Below are positions 14,201 through 26,200 of a DNA stretch of 64,000 bases, piece by piece. The first letter of the stretch is position 1. Every line of letters starts with the position of its first letter. Position numbers and translations under genes: made by a program. A model generated the notes under the pieces. It saw nothing but the letters and a program-made list of their open reading frames with translations. It did not search any database and was not told the origin of the DNA. This DNA comes from Antedon mediterranea (lineage: Eukaryota; Animalia; Echinodermata): the NCBI RefSeq assembly GCF_964355755.1, contig NC_092674.1, forward strand, positions 15,996,001-16,060,000, read 5' to 3'.

Positions 14201-17200
14201 CCGGTGGTTGCACCTTGACTGAGGAGTACTTGATCCACTAGTGGTTACAGAGTTAGCGAGTTAGCCGGCACCTCATGAGTACTCGATTCACTGGTGGTTT
14301 ACAGAGTTAGCCGGTGGTTGCACCTTGACTGAGGAGTACTTGATTCACTAGTGGTTACAGAGTTAGCCAGTGGTTGAACCTCGACTGAGGAGTACTTGAT
14401 TCACTGGTGGTTTACAGAGTTAGCCAGTGGTTGCACCTTGACTGAGGAGTACTTGATTCACTAGTGGTTACAGAGTTAGCCAGTGGTTGAACCTCGACTG
14501 AGGAGTACTTGATTCACTGGTGGTTTACAGAGTTATCCAGTGGTTATGCTTCAACTCAGGGTTACTTATTCACTAATGGTTACGTTAGTTAGCCAGTGGT
14601 TGGACCTTGACAAGAGTTCTCCGGCAGTTTTATTATTTAATTATCGTAGGAGGAGATAGGAAAATGCGAAGCCTCCTCGTATTATTGTGTGCGGGTATTT
14701 TTCAAGATGGACATCCATTAGACAGTGTATACCCCGATCGGAAAACACCCCTATTTGGGGCAAATCGTTGAACCTAAATTCGTTTTAATCATCAATAACT
14801 AATTATCTAACTCAATTTAATTAGTAAACAGGGTTACATCAGGTGGTTAAAATCAGTATCGAAAGTACGAACCAACTTTATATACCATCGAGTAAACATT
14901 CTAGAAGTAAGGCGCGATTTACCGAATTTTGCCCTTACGTAAATTTATATATAGATATAATATATAACAATCTGACTCACATTTGTTTTTTTGTTGTACT
15001 CATATAATACGAGCAATCCCATGGCTTGAGTTCCTGTAATAATACAAATACTGCATTATAGATCACATACATTAACAAGAAATAAAATTTTAATATTTTT
15101 CTTTTGAAGCGAAAAGTATATCAGCATGTCTTCAATATCCAAAATATCTGTATTGAAAATTGATTTACATGTCAACATTAATTTTGTATTGGGATATAAC
15201 ATTTTTTTTAAATGGTCAATAAAAATTGTATTTGTGTTTTATACGTACATTGCTATTAGTACTGTATTTGTTGTTAGCTTTTTTGACATTATTTAGTGGC
15301 TGAATTTCCTCCTTAGCCATAGGGTGTAGACGAGCAGCCAAGTGCTTAAGAAATTCCATGACATTTTTAGGATTCTGAGCCATCGTACCGCGTAGAGCTC
15401 GATGTGCGAATGTTGGAAATCCCACAAGATTTGCTAATCTATGTCTTGATTCAAGAAGTTTGTCCAAACAGGAAATTTGGGTTTGGTTTGGATACAAATA
15501 TACCTTATATGCAGTCTCTCTAACCTATAAATAACAATACAAAAATAACAACAAATTCATCAGCTAATCAAAAACAGTCACCTACTTTGTAATTAGAAAA
15601 GAATCCTGGTCAAAACTTGGAATAATTCACAAATTTATGTGGTCATCCCTCAAATGAGAAATACAGTATAATAGAGTGTGGTTTGCCAAATCAATTTAAT
15701 ATAAAACTAACTCCAAACTAGAATTTAATTCGTCACTTTGACGAATTATAGGTGATCATTTTTATCCTTTTAATGAAATTAACATTTTTTAAACATGCAC
15801 GTACGTTAACATACGATCGTAAAAAGCTGATGTACGCCATCCTATGACATGATGCATATACACTTATAGTGCTGAGTTGTACCTATTATGTGTCATATAC
15901 AATATGTACAGTACAGTATATACTGTATATCTATATACAGTGTAGCATAGGTGAAATTACGGGATCCACATCATGATCAAATTTTTTGGTATGATGGAAT
16001 TATCAAAATAAACTCGAAGATGACAATTTCGAAAAATAATGAATTGAGCAAATAAATATAAGGATTGGAAGAGAATTTGACACGTAGAAGCGCAATGCGC
16101 GCTCTTTGAAATTTGTATAACTTCGACTAAAGAAATTTAAAAACAACGTTTTAACTTCAACTGGCCATATGATAACATCACAACATCCAATAGGCTTAAT
16201 TTTTATATGAATTCAAATCTACATTTCATCAGCTTTCATAATAAGTTATAATCTTCAAGGTCACCTTTAATTCTGAAGAGCTATAAGATATTCAAATGTA
16301 TGGTGTAGCTGAAATTACACGACCTAGGTTATTCAAGTTTTTACGCGTGATGACGTCATCAAAATAAAAATGTTGACAACTCATTAGAAGAATAATTAAT
16401 TGAGCAAGCATATACTAAAAGTTGTGCGAAAATCGGGCTCAAATAACGGAGATGCGCTCTATTGAATGTGATAACCCACACAAAAAGATAAAAATTCCTA
16501 ATTTTTAAATTCAAGTGGCCAGTTAATGACGTCATACCATTTTGTACGTCTAATGTGTATATACATTTGTATCTACAACTTATTGGCTTCCATAATAAGT
16601 TAAAAAAATTGGGGGTCACCTGCCATTCTGAAGAGTTATATTCATTTTAAGAAGGCCTTATTTTTCACCATTTTCATCACTTTGATGAAATTAATTTGCG
16701 CATTTTGTCATTTTTAACTTGCTCGTATAGCGTTATTTTAAGTCGGAACTGACTCAAATTTGGTGAATGTACTAAGAATGGTGAGTAGAATGAGATTTGT
16801 AAAAATCATATTTTTTACGCTTTTTAAGTATCGCGCGCGCAAAATTTTTTTTTGCGCAGTAATTTTTTGAAACACGCAAATGGCCTAATTCATGCTCTAA
16901 ATTGATCAAAACTTAATTTTGAGCGTTTTAAATTTTTAACGCGCGATTTCACGCGCATGACCCTACGTGCACGTGCGTTTTTATTTGCTAATATTTTTAC
17001 CCTTGACCTGAAGTTTACGTGTAGTGAATTTCATTAATATGTCATAATGAATTATGGAGATATGATTGATAATGTGATTTTGCAAAATGGCGTATAAATG
17101 ACGTCACGGATGAGTGATCCCGCTGGAAAGCTTATTAGGATTAAGTTATATTATTTGAAAGATTTTCTGAAATTTTGGTAATAATTGACATTAAACTTTT

Positions 17201-20200
17201 TGAGATAATTGTTACACAAAATAGTGTACAGAAACAATAAAAAGACTAGACATGTAACTCGTAACTTTGACGAGTTTGGTTATCCGCCGCGCAAGTGGTG
17301 CAACATTAACATTAAGGGGATAGGTTGAGGACAAAAGGAAGTGTTCACGTTGGCATTATGAACTGAACTGAAGAATATGATCTGTTGTTATTGCTGAATT
17401 TTATTATTTAAATTCATATATAGTATACACAGTATAATCTGTATCCATATCACATACAGTGTAGAATAGGTGAAATTACGGGACCCGCTATTTATTACAA
17501 TTTTTAACATGTTGACGGTTTTAAAATGAAACGCGAAGTTAGCAATTCCGAAAGGAAATTATCTCAGCAACAACGTATTAGCGTGTAGAAGAAATTTGAA
17601 TACGTGAAATATTGATGCGCGCTCTTTTAAATGTAATGAATTATGACGCAAAAGATGAAAATACGACCTTTTTTATTTAACTGGCCATATGATGACGTCA
17701 CAACATCCGATTGGCAACATTTTTACATAATTTCGTATCTACAATCCAATAGCTTCCAGAAAAAGTTTTAATCGTGATTATCAAGTTTTATTCTTACGAG
17801 CTATAACAGATTAAAATTTACTGTAAAGATGAAATTGATGCCACACGTGATTAAAATTTTTAGGCATGATGACGTCAAAAAAATTAAAATATTTTTAACT
17901 CATGCGAAAGATACTTGATTGACCTAGACAAAATCAAAATCGGGGTGAAAATGGAAACGGATAAGTGGAGATGCGCTCTATTCAATGTGATGAGCTATGA
18001 CGAAAGATACAAAAATCCTAAATTTTATATTCGCGTGGCCATACGATGACGTCACAATGTCCGGTTAGCCATATTAATACCTGATCCGATATCTACAACT
18101 CATCTACTTCCAGAATATGCCATCCACAAAAAGTTGACGGTCTAGTTTAGAAATTACGACTGTTTAAAAAAAGGCATATTTTAAACGAATTTTTTAACCT
18201 TTTCATAAAAAACGCGCGCAAATTGTCCAATTCGACGTGCTCGTATGACGTATCTTTAAGTCGAAATTGTTTAAAATTTGGTAAAATTACTAGAAAAGGC
18301 TGGAAAAATATAAATCACGTGAAAAAAGTACGTTTTCAATACTACGTGCGCACCGCACACGTAAAAATGTGCGCACGCGTGGGAATTTTTGACATGCTTA
18401 AAACGACATGAAACGCGTAGAAAGTTGATTATAAATTAATTTTGCGCATTTTGAAATTTTAAATGCGCGTGCGCGCGTAACTTTGTGTAAAACACGCAAT
18501 TTTTTTTCAACAGAAAGTTAGCGCATGATATAAATTAAACTTTTGCAAAGTTTCAAGTTGAAATGTTATTTGGTTGTCGAGCTATGTTAAATACGACAAA
18601 ATCATTAAATCGCGCGTAAGTCACGTTGCGCAATTGTAAACGTCATGAAAAGCTTCGCTTGACGACGTTACGTAAATGTCAATATGTTAAGATAGTTACC
18701 GAAATGTTATGTTTGCGAGTTTTAGAGAAAAGCGTTACACAAAAATCATACAGGTTGATTTCGTACAATCACAAGAGGTTATCCTGCAACTTCGTTGCGG
18801 ATAACCAAAAACTAGACATGAAACTCGTCACTTTGACGAGTTAGTTATCCGCACGACAAATGCCACGTGCACGTCATACTTTGGAATATTGCACACAGAA
18901 AAAGATTATGACATTATGACCTGAACTGAAGAATATCATATCTTGTTAGTGCTGAATTCTGTCTATTTTGTGTCATATAGTATATACAGTATAATCTGTA
19001 TACATATTACATACAGTGTAGAATAGGTGAAATTACGGGACCCACCGTTTATTCCAATTTTTAACATGGTGACGGTATTAAAATTAAACACTAAGATAGC
19101 AATTTCGGAAGGACATTATCTCACCAACAACATATTAACGTGTAGAAGAAATTTGAATACGTAGAATATGGATGCGTGCTCGTTTAAATGTGATGAACTA
19201 TGCCGCATAATATCAAAATACGACTTTTTTTATTCAACTGGCCATATGATAACTTCACAACATCCGATTGGCAAAATGTTCACATTAATTCGTATCTACA
19301 GTCCAATAGCTTCCAGAAAATGTTTTAATCATAATTATAGCTTTTTATTCTTACAAGCTATAACAGATTAAAATTTACTGTAAAGATGAAATTAATGACC
19401 CTGTTAATTATACTTTTTAGGCATGATGACGTCATAAAAATTAAAATATTTTTAACTCATGCGTAAGATAGTTGATTGACCTAGAAAATATTAAAGTCTT
19501 GGAAAAAAGGGAATACAGATAGGCGTGATGCGCTCCATTGAATATGATGAGCAATAACGAAAGAGACAAAAATCCTATATTTTACATTCGTGTGGCCATA
19601 CGATGACGTCACAATGTCCGGTTAGCCATATCGATTCATGATCCGATATCTACAACTCTTCAACTTCCAGAATATGTAATTAAAAAAAAGTTCACCTCGT
19701 TGTTTAGAATCTATGACTGTTTAAAAAAAGGCATAATTTTGACCAATTTTTAAACTTTTTCATCAAAAACGCACGTAAATTATCCAATTCAACGTGCCCG
19801 TATGACGTAGTTTTAAGTCGAAATTGTTTAAAAGTTGGTAAAAGTACTAGAAAAGGCTGAAAAAACTGAAATCACAAAAAAAAATTGTTTTCAACGCTAC
19901 GTTCGCACCATGCGCGTAAAAAAATGCGCGCGCGTGGGAATTTTTTACATGCTTAAAATTACATGAAACGCGTAGAAAGTTGATTAGAAATTGATTTTTC
20001 GCATTTTCAAATTTTAAACGCGCGTGCGCGCGTAACTTCGTGTAAAACATGCCATTTTTTCCCTATAGTCAGTTAGCGCAAGATATAACTTAAACTTTTT
20101 GTCAAGTTTCATATTAAATTGTTATATGGTTTTCGATCTATGTTAAATACGCGAAATTCGTAAAAACGCGCGTAAGTCATGTTGCGCAACTCTGACGTCA

Positions 20201-23200
20201 TTCAAAATAGGAGGTGCACAATTTCACATAAATGCCCACATGTTGACAAAGTTATGAAATGTTATGTTTACACGTTTTTGAATTACGCGTGACACAAAAA
20301 TGACAGAAAGAAAGAAGAATACAGAAAAAAAAGATGATGAAACAGGACAGTTACAAGGAGTTATCCGCTGAATGCGGATAACTAAAAAATAAAGATTTCA
20401 TACAATAACAATAGGTGATCATTTAGATTCCAAATGATCACCTAATAACAAGAGGCAAGTCATGATTCAACGTTTCGATCTTTATCTGATCATCATCAGG
20501 AAGAAACAATAATTCCAAAGGCAGACAATTATAACTACAGTCTATTCATAATTATGTAAATGAGATATAAACAATTAGCCATGCAGTGTGTTAGAAAGAA
20601 AATTTGTTAGGAGTAGTGTCTATATGTTAGTGAAGGAAGACATATTAAAATTGAAATTGTATTTAACTAATAAATGCATTAAAAGTAGACAATTTCCAAC
20701 ACATTTTTAGCTCTCTATTATAGTTTCTCTTTTGCTGCTCCATAGAAACACAGAAATTATTATTCTTTCACTTCAACATTCATTATGCGAACAGGGTGCA
20801 AGAAACATGTCATGTAAAAGCATCAATTTAAAGGATTTATTTGTTAATTTTTTATGCGATTGAACTTCATAAATGTACTTATGAGACCTAATTCAGAGGT
20901 GTGCTATTCATGATTACAAGTTAGTTAACGAATTTGGAGCTGAAATTTAGCGCAAGAATTGATATGTTTATAAAAGGAATCTGGAATCAATATTGTTGAA
21001 GAAACACTTACAAGTTCACTGTGATGATCTGAATGTAATGAACTAATCATAACATTATTACCATCAACTGTGAAACCGTTGCGGATATGTTCTGGAAGCT
21101 GATTTTTGTGTAAAGCTGTTGGCATCTGGGTCCCTTGCATGAATTGACTACCAAGAAGTAGAATATCTTCATTCAGTTTTACAGCTTCTAATCTCTATTT
21201 ATGATAAATTTATTTTATAAAAAATTGTTTATAACAAAAAGATATGTGATATAGATAATTTAAACAAAATTTCACTGGCAAGAAATTGTTGGAAGTATGC
21301 ATTGATTACCAATTATCAGAAAAAGTTATAGTAGAAACACAGCTTACGTCACGGTATTTGTACTCTAGATATATCCAGGTAGCAGTATTTGTTTGTAGTG
21401 TGCAGTAGGTATGCAAGATTACTTAGGTTTGTAATGAATATCATACAGCATGAATGAGTATACAGTGCAAATGAGGGGGATGTATAATATACAGAAAAAC
21501 ATTACCATGGATTGAAATAGACATACTGTAGATTATACAAGATGATGCTTTAATAAAAAAACCTTTTATAGTTCATTAGTTAGTTTCAATAATGATTCAC
21601 CTTTGTTTCATCTAAGTGTATTCCACTTTGCTCAAAATCAAACAGGAACAACTGAGCAACTTTTCTTGATTCTTCATCCATTGAGTCCATGGCGTCTTTG
21701 CAATCTAACAACCTTTTAATTGACTGGTGTAATTCAACATTTGTATTTAACCTTGATAAGATTATAAATAAACTTGTTTTATTTCTCATTGCACCATTTC
21801 ATGCCGAATAACAGTATTTGAATATATATTCTGTTAGAGCTAATATTTACATTGTGAACAATTTAACACCAAAATGAACTCAATATGTCCAGTAAATCCA
21901 GAGATATAGCATGTTTGTATGAAAAAAGCGGCCATTTTGTTTACACAAATTGCTTTGCAAACAAATTCTGATGATATCGAGAATCAAAATCCATAAAAGA
22001 AAAACTATAGAAAACATTGCAAGGTTAAACTCCTTGGCTGCTGGACTAATTATATTATTATTATTATCACTAGGAGCATTTTCAAAATGACACTAGGGAC
22101 TTTTCGATTTGAGTGAACATGCACAAAGCTCTTGTCCACAGGTTGTAGACTGGTTTACAGATATATATGGTGCGCCAAGCTGTCATTTATTCAAGCAATA
22201 GAGATATCTTAGTTTTTAATAGAGATATCTTAGTTTTAAATAAAGATATCTTAGTTTTAAATAGACATATCTTAGTTTAAATAGAGATATCTCTGTTAAA
22301 AAATAAGATATCTCTAATTAAAACTAAGATATCTTAGTTTTTAATAGAGATATCTCTGTTAATAGAGATATCTCTAATAATACAGATATCTTAGTTTTGT
22401 TTCCTGTTGCAAAGTATGAAGGGAAGGGTATATTTGTGAACATGGTGGGAAGTGTGCCATATAGAATGGAAGATTGTCCCATTAGGGACATCCCAAGGTG
22501 TTTATAGTTGTTGGTTTCTAGATCAGACAGGTATAAGCTACACTGCTACAACTAGTATTGTTAGTATATTATAAAACGGAAAATAAAATTGTTGCGGAGA
22601 GAACCGATATTGTACTGTATTAATTTTGTGGAGTTTCAAATTGTAATGATACATTTAAAACATGCATCATTAAAAGGCAGATCCCGGCACAGATCCAAGG
22701 GATGTGGGCTCTTATACCGAGCATTTGGAAAGTTGAAAAATCTAGTAAAAAGAAGTGAAAAGGGACACCCATCGACATCACAAACGAACAAATCTCAAAC
22801 TAGTCTTTTTTCAAGAATGAAGAGATTTATACATATCGGTCGAAAACAAAAAATAAGGTTTAATACTGTTCTACGACACTCACAATAAAATCGAATTTCT
22901 GTAATATTTTTGGAGAAACCATTCTCCGTCCTCAGCGGAAGTTGACTGTCTGACGACTGATTGACCCCCTACTTCTAGACGCAGATGGCGTCCTACTAGG
23001 TGTTTCTAGTAGAGAGTCATAGACTTTTGAATCAGTGCTCACTAAAGGCTTGAACTATGCTATTTCACCGCGATCTATTCCGGTAGAGGATTTTGTTGTT
23101 TCAACGGAAGTGGTGACCGCCTTCATCAGCAGGAGAAAGAGGAATTACGACCTAAGGTAATCAATATTCTCAGGCATGCCATTCCTCCAAGTAGCAGTAT

Positions 23201-26200
23201 TACTCGTAATGAAAAACACGCATTAAATGTTTTAAAAAAGGACAATAACATAGTTGTTCTGCCAGCTGACAAAGGGAAAATAACTGTTGTTTAGACTCTG
23301 ACAAATATGAGGAAAAAGTCAATGCTTTGCTAAGTGACAGCAACACCTATTCTAAGCTGAGCAAAGACCCTACCAACACTTATAGGAATCGTTTGCTTAA
23401 GCTTCTCAAGGAACTGAAAGAGAAAGGATCCATCAATCAATATTTGTATGATAAACTAAGACCAATTGCTTACGTGGTCCCGTGTATATATAGGTTACCG
23501 AAAGTTTATAAAAACTATATTCCACTTAGACCCATAGTGTCGAGTATTGGTTCTGTTTCTTACAACTTAGCTTGGTTTGTTGCGGACATTTTATCAACTC
23601 CTGTCGGCAAATCCACCCAACATATTTTAAACTCGCAGGACTTTGTTTCCAAGTTGAAAGACATTTGATTATCGGAAACTGACGTACAAACATCATACGA
23701 CGTTACTGCCTTGTTTAAAAGTGTACCTGTAGCAGTAGTTAAAGATCTTTTGGAAGAAGAGGACATATTTAAACACGGAAGAAGTTGTGAGATTACTTGA
23801 ATTTTTTTTAATCACCACATATTTTAAATTTAGAGACCAATTATACCAAAAAGATTATGGTTGCGCTATGGGATCTCCTGTTAGTCCAATCATCGCGAAC
23901 ATGTATATGGAAGCTCTAAAATCTCAAAAAGTGGTTCGAAAGTGTGGTTTTGGTACGTGGATGATACTCAAGTGATTATCGACAAATCCAAAGTTCAAGA
24001 ATTTACTTATCATATTAAAAGCCAGAATTCACACATAAAGTTCACCAACGATCCTGAAAAAGACGGACAGCTGCCTTTTCTGGATACGCTTGTGAAAAGA
24101 AAATCAGATGGGAGGTTAGACGTCAGTGTGTATAGAAAACCAACCCACACTGACCATCTGGCTTTTGACTCCATCACCCACTAGAGCACAAACTTAGTGT
24201 GATTAGGACACTTTTTCATCGAGCTGATACTGTTGTCACACAACAAGTTGATAAAGACAATGAAATTAAACATGTTAAATCGGCATTAAAACGCTGTGGA
24301 TACGCAGATTGGAGTTTTAAATGTGCCACGGTAAAGAAACATCAGACACCTCGGAATTCAAATCCAGATCTACATCTAGTACTAGAAAAATCCTGGTGGT
24401 GATTCCTTTTGTTAAAGGTATATCCGAGCAACTTAAACGGGTTTGTGGACAATACGGCAGACACTTTGTCAAATGCTTGTTGCTCCTAAGGACAAAGTAT
24501 CCATTGAGGACAAATCAGGAGTAGTTTATCGTCTTCCTTGTAAAAGCTGTAACAAAGTGTAAGTAGGCGAAACAAAGAGAACTTTGAGGAAACGCATCAA
24601 AGAACATACTGCAATAACCCCCTCCAATCATTGCTGAACACATTAAAACCACAGGCCATGAACTTGATTTTAACGTCAAGGTGTTTATGCCGAGAGGACA
24701 AATTAATTCCCAGGAAAATACGGGAGGCTATTTATATTAAGAGAGAATCCAGTCCAACACCCGCTGAGGACAAAGAATGGTTTCTCCGAAAATATTACGG
24801 AGATTAGATTTTATTGTGAGTGTCGTAGAACAGTATTAAACCTTATTTTAATAGTCTTTTTTCCCCTTTCCGATTTAATAGTAAAATTAATGTACAAAAT
24901 ATAGACGGTCCAATATAATATATAATCGGTTTCATTGCAATGAGCATCGATGTGTTCATATTTAAATTTATTTTCGTATTACAAACTTCGAGATAACAAT
25001 TATTATCATTTACATCTTCCACTCCTCCCTACTGACTGCACCTGCATTAACACATGGCTTATAAACAATTTTCTATTACTGCGGACCATTGAAATTGAAC
25101 TTCAAGTTTGTTTTACCAAGATCGGCATTATCCGGCAAGCTATTTCACAAAAACGTATTCAAAATTATACATAGAAACTGCTTTCATCCATAATACGGTA
25201 GTGATCAAATACTGCACCATGGGTTTTTTTTCTCTTGTTTCAGTTAGAATGCATGGAAACATGTTTATGTGCTCATTATAATATGTGCTCATTATAATAT
25301 GTGCTCATTATAATATGTGCTCATTATAATATGTGCTCATTATAATATGTGCTCATTATAATATGTGCTCATTATAATATGTGCTCATTATAATATGTGC
25401 TCATTATAAGCCTCATCACTTTTTTCTCAAACATCCTGTTTCTGCCTCTGTTCCCTTTTGTTTCATTATAACCTCTTATATTACAACTGGAACAGTGATA
25501 GATATTGCATTACAATATGTGAATTTGACCATACTTCCCTACTTTGGTCAGTTTGCACCTACTTTGGCCAGTTTGCACCTACTTTGGCCATCTTGCCCTA
25601 CTTTGGTCAGTTTGCACCTACTTTGGCCATCTTGCCCTACTTTGGTCAGTTTGCACCTACTTTGGCCATCTTGCCCTACTTTGGTCAGCAGATGGAAAAT
25701 CGTATTACCCATAAAACACTAAACTGGAAACAAAACTAAGATATCTCTATTAATAGAGATATCTTTATTAATAGAGATATCTTAGTTTTTAATAGAGATA
25801 TCTTAGTTTTTAATAGAGATATCTTAGTTTTAAATAGATATATCTATATCAATAGAGATATCTCAATTAAAAATTAAGATATCTTAGTTTTTAATAGAGA
25901 TATCTTAGTTTTAAGTAGAGATATCTCTATTAATAGAGATAACTTTAAAACTAAGATATCTTTATTTCTGAATAAATGACAGCTTGGCGCGCCATATATA
26001 TGAATGTTTCAGTGAACTTATGACGTAATGACCTTACGTCCACTCCTACTCAAGCAAAAGGCATAATACAACTGAGTAAGTTCTCAAATTTGGCAGTTGA
26101 CGTGCCAGTCGACACACACTATGTCATATAGTATCAGTCGTCGACATGGTGGACATGCAAATCAAAAAGTCCCTAATATTTGTCTACCTTTCTACCAGTG

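Larger units (their letters stand above)
15717..20447 (-). mobile_element. Non-autonomous Helentron/Helitron2-type element (AGGTGATCA variant) carrying two nested family-A copies
   Basis: Left end ACTAG, hairpin aattcgtcactttgacgaatt, then aggtgatcatt; right end hairpin aggtgatcattt..aaatgatcacct at about 20413-20443. Confidence 0.8.
22168..25994. mobile_element. Foldback-type DNA element with modular arms of about 230-260 bp
   Basis: Ends tggtgcgccaagctgtcatttattc and gaataaatgacagcttggcgcgcca, in (TA)n context; arms are built of agagatatcttagtttttaat subrepeats. Confidence 0.85.

Noticed and set aside
13897-14615. CRISPR-like array or tandem hammerheads (CTGAGGA in most units)
   Set aside because: There are no unique spacers and no cas genes, and the context is a eukaryotic intron. 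No stem II plus GAAA follows CTGAGGA.
25381-25739. ORFs with [13 protein letters not shown] repeats
   Set aside because: Artefacts of 16-bp and 39-bp minisatellites.
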